From the human T2T-CHM13v2.0 reference genome, Homo sapiens: 64,000 nucleotides of DNA. Each line of letters starts with the position of its first letter. Within the stretch, counting starts at the first letter, position 1. Of the stretch, positions 15,909 to 32,040 are shown in pieces. The notes under the pieces are model-generated. The model was given only the letters and a program-made list of their open reading frames with translations, was not told where the DNA came from and searched no databases. The stretch is from NCBI RefSeq assembly GCF_009914755.1, contig NC_060930.1. One strand, written 5' to 3'. The position numbers and the translations under genes are program-made.

Positions 15909-16664
15909 CTGCCAAAAGATTGAATGTGTTCATTTAAAACTGAATATAGCAGGCTTCATCTGATGGTGCAAATATTTCTTCTTGGATACTGTGATGTGAC
16001 AAGGTTTTATAGTTAAATAGATTATATTTTTCCATCAAAACAATATTATAATTGAGAGCTTGCTTCTGTTCAAAATATCAGAAATAATTACTAATAAGCT
16101 TCCAAATAGTTAGCCAAAGCAACAATATAAATAAAACCCTACAAACTTCTATAATCTATAATATAGCTTAAAAAAAAAGCAAATTCCAAGACATAGAATC
16201 TGGGAGATGGCAGAGACTTTGATAATCTTTTCTTTATTTAATAAGAAGTGAGAAAATCAAAGCTCAGAGGACTGGGTGCCACCCACTTAACTTGCCTGCT
16301 GTCACCCACTTAACTCAGTAAAGTGAAGGCAATAATAGCCTTGGTCCCCAGGTTCTCAGATCCATGTTCCCTATTTAACATGCTATTCCTGTCCCCAGAA
16401 AAATCCTAAGACACATACACGCGTGCTCTCTCTCTCACCTCTCACATTGCTTAAATAAGAGACCACAACATACTGTGAAATGCATATGATGTGAAAAGAT
16501 ACAACTATGGTTCGAGTGTCTAAATTAATAGCTAGCCAAAATAAATGTGACCAAAATCACAACTTTAAAAATTGTTTGCTCTGTCAAAAGCTAATAAAAT
16601 ATGGAGGTAACAAGGTAGAAGCCTGTTTCTCTTAACAAAACTGTTTGGGAACATTTGAGTCAGT

Positions 16665-16950
16665 AATTACATGGACACCATTTTCTGCCCCACCTAGACC
16701 AAAGTCTATTCATTCCTTTTTCCTTCCTTATAGAACCCTCATTTTATTTGGGTCCCTGCCACTCCCCTGCCCCTGGGCGGTGTCTGTGCCTCAGGGGAAG
16801 CCAACACTTCCAGGTCCAGGTCCTGCAGGTCTCAGGGGTATTTCAGTCCCTTGCTTGTGATTGGTTCTGGAAAAGGCACTTCATTCAAGTCAGGCAAATG
16901 AGACGATACTGGAGGGGAGGCCTAGGGGAGCTTCCAGAAGGTGCTCTCTT
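16665..16950 (+). mobile_element. ERVL LTR fragment (LTR16-like)
   Basis: agaaccctcattttatttggg...gtgattggttctggaaaaggcac...gcaaatgagac resembles the LTR16 group. Confidence 0.45.
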
Positions 16951-17082
16951 TTAAGGTTACTTCATGAGGAAGTAACTTATAAGGTTACTTCACGAGATTG
17001 GCCACAACACCTCACTACCTAAGTGACTTCCAAGGAAGCCAGCTCACATTGTTTATCATTTCAGCCCATTGAATGTTCCCAG

Positions 17083-17144
17083 TGGAGACATTCCACAATG
17101 GAGACATTCCACAATGGAGACATTCCCAAAGGAGAATTCCACAG
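17083..17144. repeat. 16-bp tandem repeat (tggagacattccacaa) x ~3.8
   Basis: Directly visible. Confidence 0.9.
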
Positions 17145-17814
17145 TGAACGTGAATTCAGAATCCCTGCTCCAAAGGTGATTAGGGTATAGACTAGAGTTT
17201 CCTGACTTTTTTTGTCACCTCTCTAAAGAACCTTTTTAGATTTTTTTTCTGATATCCTCCCCACAAAATTCAATACCACAAACATACTGCTTATCTGCGT
17301 GTGTACTCTGTGTGTATCTGTGCCTTACACATTAACATAGTAAGATATTTTTGTTTCCCAAGAACAATTTTTGTCTTCTGGAAGATGGTATCATCTCCAC
17401 CAAGAATGGCTTAGAGGGAGAGACAGGCTGTCCTAAAGAGAGGTATTAGGATGAGGATATCCCTAGGATGGGGGTACCCACTCATTTACAGAAAGTAGGG
17501 GCATTGCAAATTCTTTTACAAAATTGCCATTGACGAATATGAATATTTAAAAGTCTCACCACGGACTTTATTTGGTCTTGAATTCATTCCATTCCATTGT
17601 TTTTTTCTCATCCCCCTTCATATTCTCACACAACAGCAACATCCTAGCAGCCTGGAAAGAGAAAAGAGGCACAAAGGTCAGCTTGGGATAGCATGGGGGT
17701 GCAGGGTCCTAAGCCTTGGCTTTGTTGGCAAATCGCCTTCATTTCTGTCATGTCTCTGAAATGTCTCTCCCATCTTTCTCTTCTTTTTCATCTTCTTTGC
17801 CACCATCTTTATAA

Positions 17815-18196
<382 letters not shown>

Positions 18197-18861
18197 ACGA
18201 TCTCTCTTTTCTTAAGCATTTATTAAGGACCAACTGTATTTCAGTTGCTATTATAATCTCAATCAATACAGCAACCCTGTGAGTTACATATTAATGCCTT
18301 CATTTTACAGATGAGGAAATGGAGGCTCAAGAATTTTAGTGTCTTGCCCAAAGCTAGACCCACCAGTAAGATATAGACAGAGCTGGGGCCCAGGTAGGCC
18401 AAGTAGTACAACTTACGTCCATACTCCTTCTACTGGATTTTGTAATATCTTTAATGTGTTTAAAAAAATCACACAAGTGATAAATGAATACATTCTGTTT
18501 GCAAACAAAAAAAGATGTAATAGGTTAATGTTCCCATTAATCATCTCTCTCTATTCTTATTTTCCCCACCTCCATTCCCCAAGGTAACCACTGTCACCAT
18601 TTGATGTGGCTCTTTCCAGATCTTATTCTAGAAATTTCATATATCTATCTGTGCCTCACTGCACACGAGGGACCAGAACAGGATGGTGGCGCTCACAAGA
18701 CCTGGGAGGCGACTGCCCGGATGAATTCCCATGACGCTACATCTTGCATGTGGCTAAGCGGCCTCACTTGGGAATGGGTTAGTTTGTAAATCCTTCTCCT
18801 CAGAAAGTACAGGTTTGTGATGTGCAGGTGATTCTATCCTCTGCTCCAGATCATGTAGTGA

Positions 18862-19257
<396 letters not shown>

Positions 19258-20514
19258 CCTCATCACCTTTTAACCAGAACAGTTAGGTCGTTTTCTTTCT
19301 CTTTGTGATGGCAACAGTTATTTTTATAGCTGTCTGGGGAAGGTGCTTAGGTAAATATCAGTTTGAGCTGTACAGTAAGCTTAATATAGCCCTTTTCTAT
19401 GATTGATGAATTCACTACCTTCTTTTTTGCACTTTTTGTTCAGTCAATAGAACTCGTGAATTAGTGATAGGGAAGTAAATTAGTTTAAGGTTGACAAACT
19501 TCCTAGAACCACACCCAGGGATTACACTAGATCAGATACACAGAGTCACCCCTGCTCCTGTACATTGGTCCTCCAACCTTCCACTTCCCTGCAGTGGGGC
19601 ATGCAGAAGGAAAAGGGACACATCTGTGAGGGAAGAAGATGATGCCGCTGACCGGCATAGACACAGGCACAGGCACATAGGGTCCGAATCTGGAGGGACC
19701 TACCATAGGAAGCTGTGGTGTGCACCCCTAGAGCCACTATGCCATGACTGTGCCTCCTTGGAGCCACCATCCAGCCTGGAGATCTCTAGGTAGAGTTCTT
19801 GGTGGAGATCACACAGGACTGCAATCTGTGGCCATAATACTATTAAAAAGGGGGCAGGGGGCAGTTCATCTTCCTGCAGAGATGGAAGTCAGATTTCCAT
19901 CTTCCACTTAGATTATGGACAAAGACATTTTCTCTACATTGGTGTTAGTTGGGGCACGGGACCAGGGGGTTAAGCTAACTAGCTTGAAGGGATGTGCAAA
20001 ATGACCAAGAAAGGGTGTTAGCCACTGCTTACACCCCCTTCAGTTAGCCACTGCTTACACCCCCTTCATGTAGGGGCAAAGAGACAAGAAGGTTCACACA
20101 TGTGATCTGTCCCAGGAACGTAACAGAAGGTTAAGAATTGAAAGAGAGAGAGAGAGAGAGATAGAAAGATGGGTTCTGTGGTTCAGAAATCACTCCCCAC
20201 TCTGGTGGGAGTCGGAGATTGGCAGTCAGATGCTGCCACACTTGCTACCATAGGGATGACTGTCATGCCGCAAGGTCTAGTCCAAAGCACATTTAGTTCC
20301 CGATGTTAAAGAGGGCTGGGAGGAAGGTGAGTGGTCTGAGAGATGAGAAGAATGCAGACAGGAGAACCAATCTGGTGACATTTTGGTCAAGTGTGCTGTC
20401 TTCATTAATTTTCGGTCTCAGGATTCCTAATTATGGAAACCAGCCAATACGTATTTTCTTCAGCCGTTCATCCCTAAGTCCTTCCGGGGCTGGACAGAGG
20501 TAATATAACAACTG

Positions 20515-20533
20515 TCGCCACACGGTGGCAGCA
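20515..20533 (+). promoter_or_regulatory. Candidate CTCF site
   Basis: TCGCCACACGGTGGCAGCA compared with the core consensus CCASYAGRKGGCRS; two core mismatches. Motif match only. Confidence 0.5.
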
Positions 20534-20732
20534 ATATCTTCTTGGCTGTGCTCACCTAGCCTAGTGGGTGCTTTTTCTGTAACTGCAGAAGCCATGGCTT
20601 TCTCCCCGCTGGGACTTGCTGTTTGAGGAGCTGAGGCGCCTCACAGCACTTATTACAAAGAGTTTTCTTCATGTTTTTCTTTTTCCTTAAATGAATGCCT
20701 TGGAAAATATGAGGTTATGCATTACCGGGTAA

Positions 20733-21058
20733 CTTTTTGCTTTTGTTTTTGTGTTGAGGCAGGGTCGCCAAAACAAAAACTTGCTCACTCTGTCGCCCAG
20801 GCTGGAGTGCGGTGGCGCCATCTTGGCTGACTGCATCCTCAACCTCCCAGGTTCGAGTGATCCTCCCACCTCAGCCTCCTGAGTAGCTGGGGCTACAGGT
20901 GTGCACCACCACATCGGCTAATTTTCTATTTTTTTTTTGTAGAGATGGGGTTCTCATGATGTTGCCCGAGCTGGTCTCAAATTCCTCGGCTCAAGTGATC
21001 CTCCTGCCTCAGCCTCCCAAAGTGCTGGGATTACAGGCTTGGGCCACCATGCCTAGCC
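20733..21058 (-). mobile_element. Alu (AluJ-like)
   Basis: Reverse Alu dimer with a short insertion near the tail. Confidence 0.88.
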
Positions 21059-22526
21059 AGCGGGTACCTTTCTGTCTTTTCCTAATGGCTAATAATTTAA
21101 ATCTAACTATATCTGTGAAGCCAGTGGTTTTGCCACAGGATGAGGAGGCGCCAGGGGACGGGAAGGTGACCAGATGTTCTAATTGAGTCAGCCTTGGTTC
21201 TGGCAATGAGCAGGTGCTCTGGAAGAAGTCCCAGGCAAGCTCTGCTGTGCCCCTTATCTGAACCGAGCTGATGAGCTGGCCCCCGTCCAGAGGAGGATGA
21301 CCAGAGCAGAGAGGGGTCTGGAAACCAGGAGTGACAGGGACGTGTGGAAGGGAAGGGGATGTTTGCAGAGGAAGGGATGACTTGAACACTACAGTTAAAT
21401 ATTGGAAGGGTTGTCATGGAGAAGAGAGGTCGTTAGAATCAGGTCGGAAGAACTAGAACTAGTATGCTAGTTTGGAAGGGACGTTAGGAATCCCATCAAA
21501 CACACTCCTCATTTTACAAAAGAAAAAAATAAGGCTGAGAGAGTGACACTTGTCTGGGGTCACGCCGTTGGCTGGTAACAGACAGACAAAGGACTAGGAT
21601 ACAGCCCTTTGACTATACCCAAATATGGTTGCCCATCAGGTTGTAAGCTATAGGGTGGGTGAGGAGGGTAACGAAGGTGGTGGCCTCTGTTTAGTGTTGA
21701 AGCAGAAACTGGGTGTCCAGAGAGTTCCTGAATTGCCCAGAGGGCTGGCCCCAGCCTAGTCACTGGAAAACGTCTGCGTTTACCTCTGACATACTCTATC
21801 TCTGTGTGCCATATGACTCACTTAATAACTGCCAGGTAATTCATGGTGATGAAAGTTTGTGTGTAGCGCGTGGGGTGGAGGAGGGAGTTGGTGTCTGGCC
21901 TTAGAAAAGGCTGCTTTTATGTGGCAGCAAATAGGAGGCTAGCAAGGTCTCTGGCTGGGGATTGCCTGGTGTCCTTGACCTTGCAGAGTCCCCAGGCTCC
22001 ATCTTGGGGAAAAGGGAGACAGGAGAGGGAGTATTGCAGGCTTCCGTAGGCCCTCTGGGACGGGAGCAGCACTATGGGGAGATGGGTGAGCTTGTGTGCT
22101 GAACATCGCTAACTTCATAGGGCTTTGCTCTTGTCTCCATCCCTGAAAAATCCTTCCTAAGCACTGTATGGTATAAATATTTTAGTATCTGTCCATGGAT
22201 TGGCTTGTTGTCTTTGTTGAGTTGCACGCATGATCTGGGCCTGGTTTCATCACACCTTGTGCAACTGCGATCATTATCTGGATGACAAAGAAGTGGGTGC
22301 AGGCCGTTCCCTGGATACGAAATGCTGAGGCAATTAAGCCCATCTAATGACTGTGTTCTTAAGATGAATAGGAGTGATAGCAGTACACAAAGCAAAATGA
22401 GGTCTTATAGTCCATGCAGCCCAAGCATGGACTGGTCCTAGTAGAAGGAATGATGTAATTATGCTTCCCAAGTGTCACACCTGTACCATAGGTATTCTGA
22501 AATGACTTCATGTGTGATGACAAACA

Positions 22527-22722
22527 TTTTCTTTTTTCTTTTTCTTTGTTTTTTTTTTTTTTTTTTTTTTAGAGACAAGGCCCTGCTCTCCCATCCAGGC
22601 TGGAATGCAGTGGTGGTGATCATAGCTCACTGCAGCCATGAATTCCTGGGCTCAAGTGATCATCCTTCCTCATCCTCCAGTGTAGCTGGGACTATAGGCA
22701 CATGCCAGCATGCCCAGCTAAT
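22527..22722 (-). mobile_element. Partial Alu (right arm, FRAM/AluJ-like)
   Basis: PolyT followed by a single Alu arm. Confidence 0.8.
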
Positions 22723-22859
22723 TGAAGAAAAACATTTTCAGATGAAATTGTTGTACATATATCTTCAAGTGTGTTAGAAATATACATCTTGTGTATTAAA
22801 TTTATTTGCTCAGAATGAGGCTAAAAAAATTAGTTAAAAAAATAAGTAGATAACAGCTG

Positions 22860-23100
22860 TTACTAAGAGCTGTGTGCTGAGTCTTGTACTAAGTGCTTTG
22901 AATGTAGTTCCTCATTTAATCGTCACAATAGCCCTTTGAATTAAATTTTGATTTACAGAAAACTGAATTGAAGCAAAGAGGAGTTGCATAATAACTTGTC
23001 CAATTCACAAAATTTTAAAGGGCAGACCTGTCTGAATCCAGACAAACATAGATCTGTCTGAATTCAGAGCCTAGACTCCTAACCACCGAGAGATACGGCT
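22860..23100 (-). mobile_element. MIR
   Basis: ctcatttaatcgtcacaatagccctttg...tttacagaaaactga...aacttgtcc core. Confidence 0.6.
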
Positions 23101-23597
23101 TCCTAAGAATGTAGCCACACCCCCAACAGAGGGACTTTGGTTTAGCTGGATCTTCATCCCAGAGTAGGTCCTCAGTAAATCCTTGTTGAATGGCTGAATG
23201 AATGAATAAATAGCACACAATATATGCTGATTCCGGCAAACATCACAAGGTAGCATGTGAATGCCTGAAGCTTAGGAAACTTGGACCTAGTTTAATGGTT
23301 GCAAAGTGTGTTCTTAGGAGCCATCCTGGGGTCAGCTGAAGAGGAGATTCCAGGGCTGCTGTGAGGGAAGTAGAGGCAGGTTCCCAGCCCTTCTCCCAGC
23401 TACCACAAGAGCAGCTCCCTGTTATCCACTGCCCCCGTCCCACTTCGATTTTCAAAAAAGTCTCCACTGCTGTTGAAATGAAAATAAAACAAAGAATTCC
23501 AACCTTACCTCTTAGTAATCTGGTGCAATAACATCATTATATAGATGAAGAAACTGGGGCCCAGAGAAGTAAAAGATTAGAATAAAGCCAGAGCTTA

Positions 23598-23890
23598 AGC
23601 CAGGCGCAGTGGCTCACGCCTGTATTTCCAGCAATTTGGGAGGCCAAGGCAGGTGGATCACCTGAGGTCAGGAGTTCGAGACCAGCTTGGCCAATGTGGT
23701 GAAACCCCGTCTCTGCTAAAAATACAAAAATTAGCTGAGCATAGTGGTGCGTGCCTGCATTCTCAGCTACCTGGGAGGCAGAGGTGAAAGAATCACTTGA
23801 ACCTCGGAGGCAGAGGTTGCAGTGAGCCGAGATTGTGCCAGCCTGGGCGACAGAGCGAGACTCCATCTAAAAACAACAAAAAAAGAATAA
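23598..23890 (+). mobile_element. Alu (AluS-like)
   Basis: Forward Alu with TSD-like agaataaagccagagctt on both sides. Confidence 0.92.
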
Positions 23891-25019
23891 AGCCAGAGCT
23901 TGAATCCAGTCTTTCGGGCCCCTTTGCCCACTGCTTATTTTATCACATTGAGAAAGCTAGATTTGAAGCACACTGGAAAACATCACGGTAGTACTGATGT
24001 CTGCATCTGGCATTCAGAGAAATAGCCACAGGGACCAACCCTGACCTATACAAAAATGGATTTTAAATGCTGGGAATTCCTTATCACAAAAATGTCTTAG
24101 GTGAGGCCAGTTCTCATCATCTTCTCCATACAAGAGCAGGTTATTTGGAAGCACAAATTCAGGGGAAGTAAGTGGCATCAGCCAATCCGATTTTTAAAAA
24201 GTTTTAGGACACAATAAAACAAAAGATATTGTTCAAACTAATATGACTTAATAAGTCATTGTCCAAACCATAAACATAAATAAAAGATAACTAACATTAC
24301 TATACAATAAATGATAAGTGCCAAATGAGCTATAGACAAAAAGTAAAAACTTGAGCAGAGGGAAGAATTGCTTCTAACTCGGATGACTTCAGGGCATTTA
24401 GCATGGTATAAGCAGCTCTTGAGGGGTTCTTGAAGGATTGGTGGGATTCAAGCATCCATGATATAGGGAAGAGGAAGATTTTGGGAAAGCAGAATGTTTT
24501 GGACAAACATTCATGATTGGAATTGGGGCATTGGACTGCATGGGTGGTGAATGTGGAAATATTCCTTGAGGCAGAATGTCTATTTTACTGTTTACTTGAA
24601 ATAAGTGATGGGAAAGAATTTTAAAAATTTTAAATAATTTGGAAATCAGACATGCATCATTATCTATAATAATAACAACTATAAATCTAATTATTATTTA
24701 TAAATAGTTCTCTTCAACTATAGGCATTATGCATTTTTTATTATTTTTTAAGACCTATAATTTTTTTTCTTTTTATTTTGTGCCCAAACCTCAGCACATA
24801 AGTGTTTTAAAAACACATATTGATCGAATTATCTGGAGTAAATATAATTGTTAAATGTAAATCAATTGTAAAAACTGAAATAATTTAAAATAAACAGAAA
24901 ATTTTGTTATTCAATTTAATCACTGTAAATTTTTATTTTTGTTAAATAATGAATTACTTTGTGTATGGAAATTATTAGGTTTATGTTTTGGAGGAAACAG
25001 GACTTGACACATTTGTTCT

Positions 25020-25300
25020 TTATTTTGAAATTTCTCTTAGAGATGGGGTCTCACTCTATCATCTGGGCTGAAGTGCAGTGGCGTGATCACAGCTCATGGC
25101 TGTCTTGAACTCCTGAGCTCAAGCAATCCTCTTGCCTCAGCCTCCTGAGTAGTTGAGACTACAGATGCCTGTCATCACAGCCAGCTGATTATTATTGTTA
25201 TTTTATAGATGGAGTCTTGCTGTGTTGCCCAGGCTGATCTCGAACTCCTTACCTCAAGGGATCCTTCTGTGTAGCTAGGATTACAAGTGCAAGACACAGC
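25020..25300 (-). mobile_element. Alu (AluJ-like)
   Basis: Diverged reverse Alu. Confidence 0.85.
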
Positions 25301-25517
25301 GTTAAGCTTGACACATCTATTCTAAAAATAAAGCTTATTGTGAAGAATAATGGGCAAGATTAGCTAAGAAAATTCAGAAAAGGTAAGTAATGAGGGAAAA
25401 GTATGAAGTATTAAATCAAAACACTGTAATAAAATAGTGTTATATTGATATAATAAATGAAGGGAATCAAGAGACAGATCCCATTCAATGAGATAATTTA
25501 ATATATAATAAAGAGGG

Positions 25518-26487
<970 letters not shown>

Positions 26488-26499
26488 GGGACTCACTGA

Positions 26500-26690
26500 G
26501 GTTCCTGATCATATGTGACCATATCAGAGAGACTTTTCCTGACCCCCTAATGTAAAATGGCACCCTCACTCACACCCAGACTCCACGAGGGAGGCACTTT
26601 GCTCACTACTGTACGTTCAAGGCCTGCAGCTGTGCTTGGCATATGGTGGCACAATAAATATTCACTGAATAAATGAATAATGAAAATAAA
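26500..26690 (+). mobile_element. L2 3' fragment
   Basis: gtgcttggcatatggtggcacaataaatattcactgaataaatgaa is the typical L2 3' end. Confidence 0.55.
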
Positions 26691-26694
26691 GTGA

Positions 26695-27147
<453 letters not shown>

Positions 27148-27768
27148 TAATAGTGTATGTGTCCTCTGGGTGCATGACCAGGGAAATCTTTTAAGTGAGA
27201 TGGGGAAAAAAGTTGTACAGAAGGATGATCATTATCCATTATGGATTAGTTACATAAATTACTATAAATACATATGATTAAATATTATGCAATTTATTAA
27301 AATCTTATAGGTAAAACATATATAATGATGTGAAGAAATTGAATGCTATAATACTAGGTATAACAGAAATTTACAGACATACACATTTAAATGTAAATTG
27401 ATAAACAGAAGCTCATTTTTCCTAATGGGCCTACTGGTATGTACGGCAAGAGAAGTGAAACTACCAACAGTTTAGCCTTTGCTGAAATCAAGTAAATATG
27501 CTGGGGTGGAGAAACCAACACCAGAAGACACAGGAGCAGGTGCAGCGAACCCTAGACCAACTGGGTGTGTAGACATGTGAAACACCTCAAATTCCCTAAA
27601 GTGATAGGTCTTTGGGAGACTGAAAATAAAAAAGGGCAGCACTGAGTGAAAAATCTATTGGCCATCTCTATATGAAAGTGGATATTTCAAACTAGTACCC
27701 CTTCTCATCCTACACTCACGTAACTCACATTGCCCTGTTAGTAGTTCTGGAGACATAACTTAGTTTGT

Positions 27769-27914
27769 TAGCCAGGGTCTAGATGAGAACTAACTGTTCC
27801 TCCAGTTAGTTCTTAATCCTAACTGTTTCTCCAGCTAGTTCTCATCTAGACCTAGCCAGTTAGTTCTCATCTAGATCTAGCCAGGGTCTAGATGAGAACT
27901 AACTGTTCCTCCAG
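27769..27914. repeat. Mosaic of direct and inverted copies of a 37-bp unit
   Basis: TAGCCAGGGTCTAGATGAGAACTAACTGTTCCTCCAG at 27769-27805 and 27878-27914, with inverted sub-copies between them. Confidence 0.92.
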
Positions 27915-28361
27915 GGGATAAATGACCTGGCATCTGTCCCTCTGAAAAATGAGAGGACTGCACAAAACTATATGAAAATCCCCTCTTAAATCCCAAGAGG
28001 AAATAGTTTTCTTCTAGACATCCTAGCCATGGATACCCTCTCTCCCTGTGATTGGGTTAGGTAACCCGGGCATAAAATTCTAAAGTTTTTTTTTTCTATC
28101 TCTCTCCTTCTCTCTCTCTCTCTCTCCCACCCCAGTCCCCACCCCATTTTACTTTTCTTCTCTTCCTTTTTTCTCAGAAGTAGAGTGAATTCTGCATCTT
28201 GCCTCTTGAATCTCAATTTAGCATTTTTCTCACCTGAAGCATGACCCTGAGGTCTTACCCTCAATGCCAATCAGTTTATCAAAATATTTCTACCCAATAA
28301 AAAGACAGCACTTCATCAGAGGAATCTCATTTAATAAAAGTTTCTCTGTCTCATTACATCC

Positions 28362-28666
<305 letters not shown>

Positions 28667-30639
28667 CATTACATTTTTAACAGTGGTGTTACGAAACTTG
28701 CAAAGTATCATGTTAAAAACAAAATAATGTTAATTGATTCTTTTAAAGACCACTACTTATGGTGCAATTTCCAGTATATAGCACTCTCAAGTGATTTCCT
28801 TGCCTGATCTTACTCACCTTTCTGGCACCCCATAAAATAAGTGTTCTACTCCCTATTATTCAGATGAAGAAAACGAGTCACAAGGAAGTTAAATGGTCTA
28901 ATGAAAATCATGCATGTAAAAGTGATGAAGCTGGGATTTGAACCTAGTAGTTGGGTTTTTGGTATGGCATAGACATACATATATGGAGGGATGAAGGACA
29001 TTAAATTTCGATCCTGATATTGATGGAGAAGCAGGAGAGAGTACCAGATAAGTAAAACACATTTGGAAATAGGTCCTCAGAAACTTTTTTTTTAAATCAA
29101 TGTATTAATTATTCTGTATTTGAGATACTGCTCTTGATTCAGGATGTGAGTTAATCAGGCACAAAACAGTACTCAACTTCAGGTTTGAGCTTTGTCTTTC
29201 AATCATTTCAGAGCCCAAGGAGGAAGCTGAGTGGAGATGGGGGCTAGTGGTTAGAGGTGGCTCCTATACACTGTTCACCTTGTCTCCCAGCTCCTAAATG
29301 AGGGCTGGTCCTTCGGCTCAGCCCTTAGAGCCAGGGCCCCATTCTTGCACACCCCTTTCTATTTAGACATTCTGATTTCTTCTTGAACCTTCTGTCTCCT
29401 CTCTGTTATTTCTCCTAGCCCCTGTGACCTCTGCTGCCTGTAGAGAAGAATTCCACTCCCTCACCCTTTCTGAATCGAGTTTGGGGGAAATGACCTTGGA
29501 TATTGCATGTGTGGTATCTGCAAGACAATCAGAGCACATTCACCCCTAGTGGATCTCCTGTGGATTCTTATGCTCCAAGTCCTTTGCTCTCTCTAGAACT
29601 GCGCTACTGAGTGATTTCTCTTCATATCTGGGCTTCTATATGTGCCAAACTCAGAAAGGTGTAGGGTCGTGGGGGCAGAGGGATAGTGACCATTTTTCTG
29701 CCATAAGCCATTGTTTTTACAGCTCTGTTCTGCTGGACATCAATAATGAGAATATATTAATATCAGAAAGTGTGATTTTTGGCAAGAGGGGCAATAGTGA
29801 CTATTGTTTGGAAGGGATCACATAATTTTTATAATTTTTTAAAAATAACGCAGACATATAATTATTATTCCTATTATACCACTTTTTACAAAATGCCAAA
29901 AGGCTTTCAAATCTGTTATTTTTTTTTACTCCTTACAACAACTTTAGGAATATAAGTTAGATATGATTATCTTTTATGAGTCACAGATTTGCGTATTTTC
30001 CTCATTACTATTTTACATTTTCTGGCCTGTGATTGATACATTCAAGAAGCCTGTTTTACTGCATCTGGCTAGTTTTTCTAAACTGTTTTCCATGGACTAA
30101 TCTCTGTTTTGTTCCTTTTTATTTCTCACAGTGACAGGATATAAAAATATTAAATAATAATTGCTACATTTCTCATTTTTGTTGGTACTGATTTCAAGGA
30201 GGTTGGCTCCAATGTTTCCCCATTTGTCGCTATTTTAAATTTTTTATTTTCCTTTTGCATCTCTGTAAATGGTTGCATTTTTTTCTTTCTTGATGAAAAA
30301 TTACTATACATTAGAAAAATTTTGGAAAATATGAAAAAGCACAAAGAAGAAAATGAAAATCATAGGTAATATGAAAATTTTTACCTAAAAATAAAACTGT
30401 AAACTATTTTATGTATATTTCTATCCAGCTTCTCATGTCATCTTTATTGATATGATGCCATAAATTATTGAAATTCCTAATTGTTATGCATTTTTGTTTA
30501 TAATTTTCCTTTATTTTAAGGGATACTATAGTACAATCTACTTACATAAGTATCAGAATACATCTGATACATTCCTAGTAAAATCACATAATCAATTTTA
30601 AGGCTTTTGCTGAATAATATCACAAGGCTATCCAGAAAG

Positions 30640-30940
<301 letters not shown>

Positions 30941-31519
30941 AGAAAGTTTTACCAATATGTGCTTCCAAAAACATTGCATGTGTATTTTGCCATACCCTAT
31001 ATAGCCTTAAGTATAATCATTATCTCAGTCTTTGCCTACTTGATGAGTACCAATAATACTTTAGTATTGTTTTTGTATTTTAATCTCTCATAAGGCTGAG
31101 TATTTTTGGATGTATGAATTGCCTTTTGCCCACTTGCTTTGTCCACTTTTTTCTATTGAGAAGATAATTTTAAAAAACGATCTTGAAAGAAATATTTCTA
31201 TATGAAAGATATTAACCTCTTGTCTAGTACATATTTTAATTAGCTTGCTATTTGCTTTTTGAATGGTGTTTTAACAGTTTTTTTTCCATTTAAAAATGAT
31301 GAATGGTTATTGAATTTTACCAAATGTCTCATTGGTATCTATTGATATGTTTTCTTATTTTTAAATTTAAAGACATGGGATATTGCAGCAATAACAATAA
31401 AACAACAAAAAAAGTGCCAGACTACTTTTGTATTCCGTAAACTACTTTGACATGCTACAATTTTGTTCGTATTTGACAGTCATTTGAAAATGACTGGAGA
31501 ACAAACCATCTCAAGTTAT

Positions 31520-32040
31520 AAAAGATGCCAATTGTTTCCTGCCTCTGGGTCACTTCCACAGCTGAATAAGTGGCCCTGCCTCCCCAGCTCCAAGCCTCTG
31601 GTGAGTGCACTGTAATTGGACACTTGACCTAAGGGTTCCCTCAGTAGACTCACCAGTGGCCAGGCTGGCATGACAGTGAGAGAGAACCAAATGGGTTTCC
31701 CTCTTGAGGACTTGGGACGTTGAGTCTGTCCGTGGTGAGCGCTGGAGCTGAGAGCTGAAGCCAGAGAGATGGGGCTGCAGGTGGGGCGGGCAGGTGCAAG
31801 ATGAAGGAGCAGATATGCAAGAAGCCCTGTGGTTTCTGAGAGGTGGAAGATGCTCAGGGGGTTCCTGAAGTCTCTGGAGTTCCTCAAGTTTCCAGTGATT
31901 TTCAGATGCACACTTTGTCCTTGGATTCTGTGAGAGCCCCCAGGATTCTTTCCATCACATGCCCTCCTCTTGATTTTTCTTCCTTATTTAAAGTAGTTGA
32001 AGTAGGTTTCTGATTATGCAACCAAAAAGCCTTCATGGGA
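31520..32040 (+). mobile_element. Old ERVL/MaLR-type LTR (LTR67/LTR79-like)
   Basis: 3' end ttggattctgtgaga...gtaggtttctgattatgcaaccaaaaagcc is typical of ancient ERVL LTRs. Confidence 0.35.
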
